Below the pieces are notes generated by a model. That model did not search any database and was not told the DNA's origin. It was given only the letters and a program-made list of their open reading frames with translations. Shown here in pieces: positions 11,983 to 24,769 of a DNA stretch of 64,000 nucleotides (position 1 is the first letter of the stretch; each line of letters begins with the position of its first letter). The DNA comes from Dictyostelium fasciculatum (taxonomy: Eukaryota): assembly GCF_000203815.1 (NCBI RefSeq), contig NW_004457713.1:137358-201357 (forward strand), written 5' to 3'. The position numbers and the translations under genes were made by a program.

Positions 11983-13440
11983 ATGTGAGATACATACATG
12001 ATATAAATGAATCTTTTCATCACTACCAGATAATAAAAATACTTGTTGATTCTTGTTGTTTTGGCCACTAACAATATTACAAGTAGTATGAATTAATTGG
12101 TAAGGTACAAAATCTAAATAAATATTTTGTGTTTTGACCAAGTTGTTGGTGACAATGTTGGATGATTGTAAAAGAGGTGATGATTGGTTGGGTGTTTGAC
12201 TGGTAGGTGATTTCTGTGGCGTTGTTTGTTGTGATGATGAAGATGAGGAGGACGGTTGTGGTTGTAATGGTTGATGAGGTGTAATAATATCATCATATGT
12301 TAAAAATGATAAACAAGCTCGGTGAGTAGTCAATACTCCAGAGATGATTGCAATAGCAAGAACTGATCTTCCACCTTCACAAACAATCGAATCAACTGAT
12401 ATGATAGTATCTTCTTTTTGTTGTGTTTGTTGTTGTATCTGTTGTTGTTGTTGTTGTTGTTGTTGCTGTAATTGTTGTTGTTGTTGTTGTTGTTGTTCTT
12501 GTTGACGTTGTTGTTGTTGTTGTTGTTGCTGTTGTTGAGAAGAATTTGATGATAGAGTAAGAGGTGATACTGCACTGACAGATGACGATGATGATGCACC
12601 TGGTCCATGTACAGAAAGTAGGTTTTGGGTAGATACAGATGATTGTGGACCGCTGGTTTGTTGAGCTGTCCCACCACCTCCACCACCTCCACCACTACCA
12701 GGTAAACTAATATTAGGAGCTGATGGTGACTTCATAGATGATAAAGGTGGCATCTTGTGTTTATGTGATAGAGGTAATCTTGAAAGATGTTGTTGTATTT
12801 GTTGTTGTGATGGTTGTGATTGTAATGGTACATATCCTGATGCTGCCGAAGTAGAAGAGGTTGTTGAAATAGGAGGAGGAGATAATGGTTTGTTTGAATT
12901 CGGACTAACATTATTGACATTTGTATTGTTTCCACCACCACCAGGTGAATTCAATAGATTAGTCGTTGATGTATTATTATTGGTTAAAGGATTAAGCTTT
13001 GGTGAAAAGTGTAGTGGAGAGATGACTTCATTTGTCACCCAATTTAAACTACCATTTCGCAGATTCTCTTCAGAGTGTATTGATAATAGATTCGAACGAC
13101 TTGCAACCAATAGTTGTGATGGCACAGTTGTTGTCATCAGTTGTGATGACATCTTGTTGCTGTTGGTAAGTGACGGAGACAGTACAGAGTGTTGATGAGC
13201 ATCGAGATAACTAAAACTGTATATATTGGTAGGTGAAGGTAACTCGATAAACTCGAGTGTCTCTAGTTGCAACTTTAACAATTTGTCAATGTATCCTCCA
13301 TGGCTACACTCGCAATCCGATTGAACATATACATTGCTGTTGCTGTTGTGTAACACTGACGATGATGAAGATGATTTAGTTGACGCTGATGCTGCTATAA
13401 TCGATGATATGATTTGATCATTCAATTCACTGTCGCTCAT
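10819..13440 (-). CDS. Large protein with a long N-terminal low-complexity region (poly-Q/poly-S/poly-G) and a C-terminal beta-propeller-like FG-GAP-type module. Putative exons 13440..11998, 11920..11752, 11679..11325, 11264..10967, 10890..10819
   Basis: ORF 13440..11929 ends at a canonical GTATGT donor; the intron contains an (AT)n run. Downstream exons keep the frame through the ORFs at 11866..11285 and 11152..10922 using GTATGT/GTAAGT donors and xAG acceptors. Product contains VEVFDIDGDGENELIIGSYSRELLVYKY (an FG-GAP/integrin-alpha-like repeat) and ends ..EILEN. The exon 2/3 junction uses a weaker GTTTGT donor and is the least certain. Possible ITFG2-like protein, not established. Confidence 0.45.
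11951..11978. repeat. (AT)n dinucleotide microsatellite inside intron 1 of the preceding gene
   Basis: atatatatatatatatatatatatatat read directly. Confidence 0.8.
12424..12537. repeat. CAA/CAG trinucleotide (poly-Gln-coding) repeat within the 10819..13440 gene
   Basis: Minus-strand reading gives QQQQQQQQQQRQQEQQQQQQQQLQQQQQQQQQQIQQQ. The plus strand shows (TTG/CTG)n. Confidence 0.8.
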
Positions 13441-13884
13441 CCTCCCTCCTCTATCTATCTATGAATCTATTCTTCTAGAATGAATCATTAATTATCAAAC
13501 GAGAGAGAGAGAGATTTTAATATTTATTTTATTTGAGGGTTTTGCGAGAGAGGTTCACCCTACTGCTAAAAAGTAATTAAAAAGAAAAATAATAATAATA
13601 ATATTAATAACAAGAAGAAGAATAATGTTACCAAAGACAAAATTATAAACTTGATCATATTAATAAAGTTTAATTTTGAGAAGCAAAAAAAAATATAAAA
13701 GAATCTAATATTCTATTATTTATGAAAGAATGAATCAAATATATCTGCGATGTAACTTTAAATTCCATTTTCTGCAATTATAAACAAAATATTTTGGATA
13801 CTATTTATTAATAGTACAAATCTTCATTTTATTGACGTTGCTATCTACTATGTTCTTGTTCTTCTTCCAGAATGACGAGTATAC

Positions 13885-15434
13885 TCACTTTCTTCTTCCA
13901 TTATTGATTCTATTCCAAAAGTTGTTAATTCTTTCATCAATATTATTGGAGGATACATCTTGTAATCTTAATTCAATTGATGGTCGTCTTCTAAAGCTAT
14001 ATAGATATTTGAATTTAAAAGTATCAAGAGTTGTATTTGCCTTGAGTGCTTTGGTAAATCTATCTTCAAGTTGTTTATCTCCATTTGTTTTATCCATTTT
14101 GATACCAATTGATTTAAGATTTGGATGACTATTTGTTTCAATAATCTTTATTATTGAATTGATAACATTTAAATCATCTAAAAAAAAAAGAAATTAATTT
14201 CTTTAGTTATTTATCTAGGTGTTTTTATATACATACCTGTTAATTCAATATATTTAAATTCAATTAATGATTGACTTAGAATATCAGTTGAAATAGAGGG
14301 GGAGGATGGTGATACACCAAATAGATATTGACAAATTGATAAATTGGTAATGGTTTGGTTGAATGCCAATGCCTTTTGAATTCTAATCTTTTCATCGTTT
14401 GTTAAATAAAGTTTTCCCAATTTCAAACTTGTCAATGTACTATTGGTTTTAATTGATTCAACTGCCATATCCAAATCATCAGCATTACTTTCCAATTGTG
14501 CCCTACCACGATAAGCACCAGCTTTGAAAAATATCAACTTGGATTCTTTTCTAAATACATTATATAAATGTTTCATTTGCATTCCATAACAATCGATTGA
14601 AAGTTGTTCGAGGTTAAAGTTGGTTGTTGAGTGATCCCAAAGAGGTTCAAAGCTGTCATATTCAGATCCTTCACCATCCGATCCAGTCTCAATACTCCAC
14701 GACAAATTCTTTACTTGTGTCATATGTTGCTTGATCGTTTCAATCATTGCAAGCATCGTATAACCATCTCGTGTTTCATAGTCCAATGTCAATGTTATTG
14801 AGGAAAGGTTTGCAAAGATTTTGGTCATTTTGAAACCCAATCCAGTCGTTTTACTCCCGCGAGAATACTTCCTCATGTAATCCTCGGTGAAAAAGCGTTC
14901 GAAATCCTCTGCAATATCGTATTCGTCCCACCAGCCGGTTGGAAAGTAGATGTGTTCCAATGATGATGTAAAGGGAAACTTTTCTTGCAATGCAATCTTT
15001 CTAAACATTTCATTGATGCAATTTGCTTCTTCTTGAGTGGTGGCTGGTTTAATGTCTAGTAGAAGTGATTTGAGACGTCTGATGATTGAGTACTTGTCGC
15101 TTTGTTGAACTTTGAGTAACTTGATCAATGGATGAACCTTTCTACCAGAAGGTTTGAATGGCTTATTGGTGAGCTCCCTGACACTGACTTGATCGATTCT
15201 TGAAGAGATTAATGCAAACCATCTTTTGTTGACTTTGGCGAGTTGATACAATTCATCTGTAAATGTAATGTATGTCTTTTCAAAAACCTCTGATCTTTCG
15301 TTCACCAATAAATCTATAATCTTGTTTTGAATCAATACTGGTAATGCTTCTCGATGATTTAAATCTCGATCATCTGTTGTTGTAGTTGAAGTCACCTTTT
15401 TAATAACTTTTTTTGATTTCTTTTTGGGTCCCAT
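13885..15434 (-). CDS. F-box/LRR protein, copy A of an inverted paralogue pair. Exons 15434..14237 and 14177..13885
   Basis: MGPKKKSKKV (basic N-terminus) then an F-box-like motif LPVLIQNKIIDLLVNE...LAKVNKRWFALISS (LPxxIxxxIxxxL ... VxKRWxxL). C-terminal LRR-like NxTLTSLKL / NQTITNLSI units. GTATGT donor in phase 1 after ..IELTG, 59-nt intron, TTTAG acceptor. Exon 2 ..NSHPNLKSIGIKMDKTNGDKQLEDRF..NNFWNRINNGRRK. The exon 1 length (1198 nt) is identical to copy B. Confidence 0.7.
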
Positions 15435-15443
15435 TTTGAAATA

Positions 15444-15470
15444 GATAAGTAAATACAAATGTTGGTTGTA
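15444..15470 (-). promoter_or_regulatory. Conserved upstream element GATATACAACCAAC(A/C)TTTGTATTTA about 10–35 nt 5' of the copy A start codon, shared by all three F-box/LRR copies
   Basis: Reverse complement of 15435..15480 reads ..gatatacaaccaacatttgtatttacttatctatttcaaaATG. Compare 35468..35497 (gatatacaaccaacctttttatttcaaaATG) and 37169..37195 (atatacaaccaacctttgtatttattta). Confidence 0.3.
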
Positions 15471-15992
15471 TATCTTTTAAAGTGTTTGATTATTGTCTAA
15501 CAATACAAAAAAATGATCGATCAAAAAGCCAACACCTAAGAGTTTGGTAGAAAAAAACTTGACCACCTATGAAACCTCTTGATGATCTTGTTTGTAAGAA
15601 TCGATGGTTTTGACCATGAATCAACAACAAGTCTATCTATATTTTTCACCTGAGAACAACTTCAAAGTGGCAATGATATTTAAATTATGGCGATGAGGTG
15701 TATAATATTTAAATTAATATGAATATCTTTATAACTCTGATGATCTACATAACTTTTAAAAAGTAGATTAATAAATAAATAAAATATGTTCTCATTTATT
15801 TAATAATAAAAATTCATACTTGGAAAAAGTTTAATGGTAGACCAGCACTCTTCTTTTTCATCCGCCTATTCTTACTCTTCACATCTTTGTCAAACTATTA
15901 GTTCTTATTTCTTTATTTGTTTTTATATCTCTATTCATCTACATATAGTTATACCTAAAAATAAAAGTAAAAGCAAATACTCATCAACTACT

Positions 15993-18900
15993 ATGAGTAA
16001 ACCAAGAAGAAATAGATCATTGAATACATTGATCGAGGATGGATTAGTTGATACTGAAGCTACCTGGTCTTTTACATGGAGTGATGTAACATACACAGGC
16101 ACTATTACAAAGAGTAAAGGTCATTATTGCTTCAGTGGTGCACAAAAGGATGGTCTAGTCATCACTGAACATGCATCTACAACCTTTATCCGTAACTTTT
16201 TAGCGTTGGACTCTAGTACTATTGTCGATGGCAACAAGATCATGTTTGTCAATAACAAGAGAATCTCTGATTATGTTTTATTGGAGAGCCCATCATCTTC
16301 AACTACATCAACTCCAACATCTAACAATAGTAGTAATAATAATAATAATGTTATGACTACACCGACAAGAGATGGTTCCGTTGTCAATCTTATTGAAAGT
16401 TTCAAGAGTATTGGCCTCACACTTTCACCACCGTCATCGATTACTACTCCACCAAGTACACCCTTTTCAAGTGGACCACCAAGATCACCTGCATCAGTGG
16501 TAGCACCAAATAGTAAACTATTGTCTGGCAACTCTAATTCCTATCATAGTAATATGAGAACTATTGCATACCAATTCTATAGAGAAGGTGATGATAATAT
16601 TCCTTTGTCACCAGTTAAAGATAATATCATTATCCCTGCCACGATCGTACCTTCCTCTCCTACTTCTACTACAACCTCTACAACTTCTACTACCTCTACA
16701 ACTCCTACAACTGCTACAACATTGATTTCAACTCCAACTAAAAAAGAACCAATTAAAATTGAATATGAAGATTCTACAATCAAAGCATCTGGTATTGGTA
16801 GATATTTCCATCTTGATTGTGAAAGATATTTTAATTGGTCAACTAAAAAGAAATCATCTTCCTCTACCTCTTCAACACCATCATCATCATCATCATCCTC
16901 TACTTCTACTTCTACTTCTTCTGATAATGAAACCATTTCAAATGCAATTATACAAGATGGTTTTGCATGGGAAGATAAGGTATTGGAAATTTTAATTCAA
17001 GAGAAACATAAAATCCATCAACCAGTCAAAGGTGCTCAAACCATTCCATTTGATCAAGTAGTAAAATTATTAAAAGAAGAAAAGGAGAATAGTTATATTG
17101 TACAAGCTACTTTGATTGCACCAATTAGTTTCCGTCAAAACATTCCAGACCATGTCAAATTTACACAGTCTATTCCAGATTTCCTTCGCATTGGTAGAAG
17201 TATTGGAGGAGGAAAGAGAAAACTCAAGATTCTCGATGCAAAATCAACGGCCAGTATTCACTTTGCACAAAAAGTACAGTTGGCCTACTACTATATCTGG
17301 TTGCAAGGAATTATTGAAAGCGAGAATATTACCGACCTTGAATTGGATGACTTTGGTGCCATCTTTTTAAAGGGACTCACCACTCCAATGGACTTTAATA
17401 TATTGGAGCCTGTACGATTGTTGAAACGTTTCCTCTACGGTGATAAAACCAACTCTCAATCACAAATGGTAAAGATCATTTCGACACCACGTGAAGAAAG
17501 TGTTTGGAGACTAACCGAAACATGTGAAGGTTGTGAATACCTTGAACAATGTACTGCACAAGCCAATTCAGAACTAAATCATAATGCCATTGCAAATGTT
17601 CAAATTGATACAATTACAAGTTTATTGGAATATCATCAACAAAAACAAGATCAATCAACAACTCCAACCAAATCAGCACCCATTAAAATGAATGAAATTG
17701 AAAAATTAAATAGTATAAAAGTTGAAGATGTAGATGATCCACAACTCAAAGTACAACTACTTAGATTAAAACCAAAACTACAAACGGTGCTATCAAATAC
17801 TGTCGTACCAACTGGTTATGTTGATGTAATGCTACCTTCTTATGAAGATATATCAATCTATTTATCTTTGGTATCACATCCCCTCAAACAAACATTTTAC
17901 AAATGGACTATTTTAAAGGTTGAAAACTCAATCTCTAAAACACCAAAAGATCCACTCAACATTGATTATCAATCTCTATCTCACAATACTATCTTTTATA
18001 ATGGTGAAAATTTTTATAGTTTAATCTTAAAATTAAATTCAATCTTTTCTGATGTATGTTAAAAAGCAAAACAAAACAAAAAACAAAAGATAAATATATT
18101 AATAATTTTATTTTATTTATTTATTTAGGCAATTAATACAAAATCAACATTACAAGTATTTACTTGGGATGCATTTGAAAAAAGTTATTTCTTAAAATCA
18201 TGTTATGAATTGTTAAAGAGATCATATGATATTGATGATAAGGAAATGCAAAGTAATTTGGTACATGTGATGGGAGTATTGATGGATAATTCAAATTGGA
18301 TTAATTTCAATATCGGTGGTGTCTACCCTCAAGAACCATTTTCATACAATGTTGGTGGTCAATCCCAAGGAAGTGGCCCTTCCAACTTCCCATTCATTCT
18401 CGTCAAAGATCAAATATTGAAATCATTGGCAATCAAGGTATCACCTCCCTTTTCAATTGGTGAGATTTCAAAAAAAGTTCTTTCCCTCGACACTATCCCA
18501 TCATCTCTAAACTCGGATTACATTTTTAATAACTATATTAAAAAGGATCACAAAGACAAAGAAGAAAATGTTGTTTTTAATGAAAGAACTGAACAATTAT
18601 TCAATTTAATGGCCCATCTTCGTTCTATCTTATTTACTGATATTTATAAACAAAAATCTCAAAAGGTAAAAAAACAATATTAATAATAGTACATATATAT
18701 ATATTTTATATATAATATATTAATATCATTATTTTATATTTTTAGTTTAATTTTAGAAAATTTTTAAATTATAATAATATATTGGTAAACAAATTATTAT
18801 ATTGTCATCAATTTGAATCAATGGAATCATATAGAGAAATTAAATCTGCAAGATCAAATCCATTGAGTCTTAATATTTATGATGGAAAATATTTAATCTT

Positions 18901-21162
18901 ACGAAAACTATCCAACCAACCAAACAAAGATGGTTTTTATAGATTCCAAGCAGATATCATTCCACAATATTATTCATATTTCCAACAAAAGCTAGCAGAC
19001 GCATTTTCACACTTTTGTTTAACACCAAACACACAAGATGGACTCAATTTCCTATCCAGTTTTAACGATATTAGTTATCAATCACAATATGGAGTTCGTG
19101 GAATGTGTGATATATCTGATTTTGAAATTGATCAAGTTGAAGCTTATCCAACTCAATATTTATTCAATGCAAAGATTTCTATCAAACCTTCAAAAAATTC
19201 AAATTTATTTAATGATTGTAATAGGTAAATATATAAAGAATAAACAAAACAAAAATCATTCTTACTAATCCTTTTTTTTTTTTCTATTTTTGTAGTAATG
19301 AATTTATATTATTTGAAAGATTTGATAATCATTTCTTTTCACAATATAAATGGTTGGTACAAGGATATGATAGTATTGATAGTCAAGGAACAGAAGAATC
19401 AACATTACTTGGGTTATTTGATAAACCATTGGAATGGATAAGGGAGGAGGAAGATTATAAGAAATTCAGCTTGGCCTTTACCAACACTATAGAAGCATTT
19501 AATCAAACGAGTAGTAATCATCCAGACCAAAGATTGACACTGACAAAATCACAAAGAGAGATTGCTATTAGTGTGGTGCAGAGAAGACTTCAATTGGTGA
19601 GAGGACCACCTGGAACGGGCAAGACCCACTTTTTGGCATTACTGGTACTCATGTTTTTCGAAACCATTTTTAGAATGAAGAGTCACGATACCTATACCAT
19701 TGTCATCTCTGCATTGACCCACACTGCCATTGATAATGCTCTGATTCGTATTGCTCAATTAAAGAAAGAGTATGAAGGGTATGCTGGTAGTGCATTGCCA
19801 TTCCACATTTACAAAAAGGAAAACAAACCACTTGCCAAGGAACTCGTCGAACAAGGAATTCTAGAACACAAGCAATTGGACAAGAAAACGTGTCCGAGAT
19901 TTATCGTGGTTGGAGCAACGTGTTGGGGTGTCAATACTTACAAGAATCCAATTGACTTTTTGATCATTGATGAAGCATCACAACTCCAAACACCTATTGC
20001 TGCGCTGGCAATCAACAAGGCACCTAGAGTAGTTGTTTGTGGTGATCCCAAGCAGTTGCCACCCGTTCTCCACGGAACCTATCACTCCAACAAGAGTCTG
20101 TCTGTCGATGAATACACATCCGATCCCAAAGTACACAAATCCATCTTCTCATGTCTCAAGGGATTACTCAGACACCATCTAGTCGCCGATCCATTCCTAT
20201 CACTCAACGAGAACTTTAGAATGACATCTGATCTATGTCAATTCTCTAGTCTCCTCTACGGACCATCCTACAGATGTGCAGAGACTGGTGCAAGAGAATT
20301 TAACATTCATACACTCCAACAGTCAAAAGAATGGAAGGATCTATTGTCACGCTCAACATCAGTTATTCAAGGATTGTATGGTGATCATAGATCGTGTCAT
20401 AGTATTGTACTAGACACCAAGTATCTTGGAAACCGTCGTGTTGAAGTTGAACTGGTCAGAGAAATCTATCGTTTTGAATTGGGATTGTTCAAGAGTAGTA
20501 GATCATCATCGACTACATCGGCCAGTGAATTGGAAGATCAATTTTGGAAGTCAAAACAATTGGGTATTATTACACCTTTGAATATGCAACGTATTGATAT
20601 GCAATCAATGATTAGTTCTGAACAGTATCTTGCTGGTAGTCAAGAATTCAAACCATCGGTTGGTACCGTTGAAAAGATGCAAGGACAAGAATTTGATACT
20701 GTTGTAGTTTGTTACAATGGTTGGAACAGTGGTAGTGGCAAGACTCTAGACTTTATCTTTAATCTTAATCGTCTCAACGTAGGTTTCACCCGTTCCAAGA
20801 CTAGATTAATTTTAATCATCTCTGAATCACTACTTCGTCCCAATCAATTGGTCCTAAATAATGCAAAGACTAGCAAAGCTTATAATCATCTCCTCAACTA
20901 TGTTCAAAACTCTTCTATTCATAAATTTATTATCAAACAAACCAACATTTATCAAAAAACACCAATTAGAGATACAACTCCAACTACTCCTACTACTCCA
21001 ATTTCACCTTTTAATTTTAATATTATTAATAATAATAATAATAATTCACCATCAACTCCAAATAATAATAATCAAACAAATAATATTCCATCAACACCAG
21101 AAACATTACTTCAACAAGAATTTATTAGAAAATTAAATTTAAACAAAGAGGAGGAGGATTAA
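15993..21162 (+). CDS. dna2: DNA2-like nuclease-helicase: RecB/Cas4-type PD-(D/E)xK nuclease with a 4-Cys Fe-S motif plus a Upf1-like SF1B helicase. Exons 15993..18053, 18129..18665, 18746..19224, 19296..21162
   Basis: Four long ORFs join in frame. The junctions are TCTGAT|GTATGT, CAAAAG|GTAAAA and AATAG|GTAAAT, each with a T-rich xAG acceptor. Nuclease signatures: an upstream Cys (YFHLDCERYF), ..ILDAKST.. ((D/E)xK) followed by QKVQLAYYY (QxxxY), then CEGCEYLEQC. The C-x2-C-x5-C spacing with a distant first Cys is the DNA2/Cas4/AddB iron-sulfur pattern. Helicase motifs: GPPGTGKT (I), ISALTHTAIDNAL (Ia), IIDEASQ (II), VVVCGDPKQLPPV (III), MQGQEFDTVVV (V), NRLNVGFTRSKTRLILI (VI). Long Ser/Thr/Asn low-complexity inserts in exon 1. 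The annotated start is the ATG at 15993 (MSKPRRNR); the upstream part of the ORF looks like 5' UTR. Confidence 0.7.
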
Positions 21163-21536
21163 ACAACACATTTAAATGTTTACAAAGAAAGAAAGAATAA
21201 AGAAACTTTTCTTTAGGATTAATTTTAAGTTTTGTTTTTTTTTGTAGTTTTGTTTATTACAATTCTTCTTCTTCCTATTTCCATCCCATTGAAACCCTTT
21301 CCACCGGTGGAGGTTAAATGAAAATATATTATATTATTATTTAATTTGTTGTTATTTTGTTATTTATAGTTATATGATTATTATTATGTGATCGTCGATT
21401 TTCTAATCCCAACAAAGAAATAAATAGTGTGTTATGTTGTTTATAATTGGAGGAAAAGAGAAAAAAGTTATTATTAATTATTAATTATTATTATGTTGTT
21501 GTTGATTATTATTATTATTAAAAATTGATGGTGTGT

Positions 21537-22703
21537 TTATTCATCACCAACAATGATGGAGGTTGGAGACAAGAACTTGTATGGTGGGATGATAAGATTT
21601 TCTGGGGCTGGACCCTTACGAATACGACCAGCGTTATCATAATGAGAACCGTGGCATGGACAGTACCATCCACCAAAGTCACCACCACCGGCAATTGGAA
21701 TGCAACCAAGATGGGTGCAGACACCAATGAGGACGATCCATTCTGGATCCTTGGCACGCTTGACATCTGCTTGTGGATCGACCAAAGTAGAAACGTCGAC
21801 GGCTTGGCTTTGGGAGATTTCATCGGCCGAACGATGACGAATAAAGAGTGGCTTGCCTCTCCATTTCAAGGTGACGGCGGTGGCTTCTGGAATCGATGAC
21901 AAGTCGATTTCAATTGATGAAAGAGCCAAAATATCTTGACCTGGGGCCATGGTGGAAAGAGCAGAGACAACAGTGTTCTTGGCCATAGCGGCAAGACCTG
22001 AAGCAGCAGCTCCAACTACCAAATAGGTGTAACCACGTCCCTCTGGGTCAGCGGCTGAAGAGTGCTTTCTATATTTATCAAAGTTTGGTACACTAGTAGT
22101 ATTGTCAACCATATAACCACTAGAGTAGTTCATTTGACCATTAACCACTATGTAGTATTTGTCAAAAAAGAGAGTCATTCATCATCCATCATTATTATTA
22201 TTATTTAGTAGAATGATAGAGTTTTTCATTTAAATTATCATCAAATTTTGCATGTGTATTAGATAGATATGTGTAGAGAAGAGGAGAGGGAGGAAGATTT
22301 TAATTAGTATCAATTCATGCAACCTTTGTCTATCTTGTTTTAAATATTATTATTATTATTAAAGAATTAATTATTATTATTCTTTCTTTTTGTTTCATTT
22401 GCATGAATGATCCCAGTCACATGCGAAGATCTTCGATTCAAAAAGTTATTGTTGTTGTTGTTGTTTCATCTCCTCTTTCTTGTTTATAAATCTGTATTCT
22501 GTTGTAGTTGTTGTTGTTGTTGATCAATTTTTCGCATTCGTGTTCTGTTTACATCTGATGTGTCATTCATTGTACACTACACTATTTCTCCTATTGTTTT
22601 GTTGTTCTGACTGTTGCTGCTGCTGCTTATAGTTTTATATGTATGATTCTTACATGATTGTCTGGCCAATGGTGTAACTCTTGATACGAATCTTGATAAC
22701 ATT
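21537..22703 (-). CDS. rip1: Rieske iron-sulfur protein of the cytochrome bc1 complex. Exons 22703..22655 and 22147..21537
   Basis: Main exon encodes ..VPNFDKYRK..YLVVGAAAS..KWRGKPLFIRHR..CTHLGCIPIAGGGDFGGWYCPCHGSHYDNAGRIRKGPAP. Both 2Fe-2S boxes are present (CTHLGC, CPCHGS). A 49-nt upstream exon encodes a textbook mitochondrial presequence MLSRFVSRVTPLARQS. It uses a GTAAGA donor in phase 1, a 507-nt intron and a CATAG acceptor that restores the frame. The first exon and the long intron are inferred (confidence about 0.55); the main exon is certain. Confidence 0.8.
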
Positions 22704-23027
22704 CTTCTCTTTCTTATTATATTGCTGAAGGTGCAATCGAAAATGTAATGTAGGTCACCCTCTCACAGGTTGTGTGTGCATAAAAACTGCAACACAGCGA
22801 AAAAAAATTAGCAAAAAAAACAAAAATTAAAAAAAATTGATTTTTTGTTTCTATGGTGGACTGGAAGAAGATCACAATTTCATCTGCATCGTTAAACGAG
22901 ACTACTACATCTAGGATGTTTTAATCAATAGTAATTACATTGAATGCAAATATGTGCAATTGATTTATATATAAATAGTACTTGGAGGGTTGAATTCACT
23001 ACAGACTGAACATGTGTTCGTTTATTT

Positions 23028-23046
23028 CCTCTCTCTCTCTCTCTCT
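23028..23046. repeat. (CT)n microsatellite in the Rieske/RFC4 intergenic (putative bidirectional promoter) region. A second (CT)n lies at about 23138..23157
   Basis: cctctctctctctctctctttctttcc read directly. Confidence 0.7.
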
Positions 23047-23371
23047 TTCTTTCCTCATCGTTTATTTGTGGTACTTGTGGCATTCCATTACTACTGTAGT
23101 GATGCCTAGGCACGATTATGATTGACAAAACCTTTTATTTCCTCTCTCTCTCTCTTCTAAACTTTTGACATGATTATTTGTCCGACCCATTATGACTGCA
23201 AACATTAATACTACTGCATGTTTGTTTGGGATGAGTTCATAGTGGTCACCACCGCGTCTCTGCCAAAAAAAAACTTGAAATTAGGAGGGAAAGTAGAACT
23301 TCTCAGTGCGCAGGTTTTGATAGTCTCTCATTGTTTTCTCTTAATTAAACATATATATATATTTAAACAAC

Positions 23372-24769
23372 ATGTTTTATAACAAGTCAACAGGAAAGAA
23401 TACATCAAATAGTGCACCATCTATAGGGTCTGGTGGTATACAGAAAGCCCCTGAACCTTGGGTATCAAAATAGTATGCTCTGTCTGATGTTGTCTTAATA
23501 AACTCTTATTAAACTAACAAACTATTATTATTATTATTATTATTACAAACAATATAGTCGACCAAGAACAGTAGATGATGTAGCACATCAAGATGAAGTT
23601 GTTCGTGCATTAAAGAAATCATTGGATGGTGGAGCTGTATGTGTTGTTTACAACATTGATTGATTGATATATAAATACTAACCCTACATCATGATTGTCA
23701 TCTCTCTCTAGTTACCACATTTATTATTCTATGGACCACCAGGTACAGGAAAGACATCAACTATTCTTGCTATTGCTATGGATTTATATGGACCTGATTT
23801 GATTAAAGATAGAGTTTTGGAATTGAATGCCTCAGATGAAAGAGGTATCGAGATTGTTAGAACAAAGATTAAGAATTTTGCTTCATTTACTGTTAATAAT
23901 ACTACTGTCGCGTAACTATCAATAATAGATTAATAATCATTCCTCATATAGATCATGAGATATTAATATTTATTAATATTCAATTTGTAGAGGAAAACAA
24001 GTACCATCATTTAAATTGATTATATTGGATGAAGCAGATTCAATGACACAAGATGCACAAGCAGCATTACGTAGAACTATAGAAAATACAAGCAAGACAA
24101 CTAGATTCTGTTTATTGTGTAACTATATCACTAGAATCATTGAACCATTGTCATCTCGTTGTGCAAAGTTTAGATTCAAACCTCTCAAATCAGAGGCAAT
24201 GGGTGAAAGATTAAAATATATTGCCGACCAAGAAGGTGTCAACTTGGCCAATGAATCTACACTCGACGCTATTCACACTGTTTCTCAAGGTGATATGCGT
24301 AAAGCTATCACTTTTATGCAATCTGCTCATAGATTTTATGCTTCAAAATCAATTACTGATGCTAATATTTATGATATTTCTGGGGTAAATATAAATATAA
24401 ATATAAATAATAATAATAATAATTATAATAGTTTTACTAATTCCTTTTTTTTCTATGTCTTTATAGTCTGTAGAACCAAAAACATTAGAATTATTTATCA
24501 ATTCATGCAAGTCTGGTGATTTTTACAAGGTTAGACATTTAGTAGAGAGGGTGATGGCACTTGGATATCCAGCATCACAAATTATTTCACAATTGTTTGA
24601 TATCGTAGTTCAACCTTCTATACATTTTAACAATATACAAAGAACTAAAATAGCAATCAAGATTGGACAAATCGATAGAAACCTTGTCGATGGATCAGAT
24701 GAATTCTTACAACTATTCGATTTGGGTGCATATATGATGAAATGTTTTGATGAAATGGAAATGAATTAA
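23372..24769 (+). CDS. rfc4: Replication factor C small subunit RFC4. Exons 23372..23472, 23558..23636, 23712..23911, 23991..24384, 24467..24769
   Basis: Spliced product (358 aa) ..PEPWVSKY|[26 protein letters not shown]|[57 protein letters not shown]..|[73 protein letters not shown]..|SVEP... It aligns along its whole length with human RFC4 (Walker A, DEAD-like box, SRC motif) and is similar in length to human RFC4. All four introns are 75–85 nt with GTATGx/GTAAAT/GTAACT donors. Confidence 0.85.

Noticed and set aside
12755-13195. 146-aa plus-strand ORF
   Set aside because: It is antisense to the poly-Gln/Ser region of the 10819..13440 gene. The product is Cys/Gly/Asp-rich, which is repeat-driven.
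16271-16936. Minus-strand ORFs inside DNA2 exon 1
   Set aside because: They are antisense to Ser/Thr low-complexity coding sequence and produce acidic and Val runs typical of repeat shadows.
21518-21899. Overlapping ORFs 21525..21899 (plus) and 21518..21823 (minus)
   Set aside because: Both lie within the Rieske main exon, which is unambiguous (CTHLGC/CPCHGS boxes). They are alternative frames of GC-rich coding DNA.
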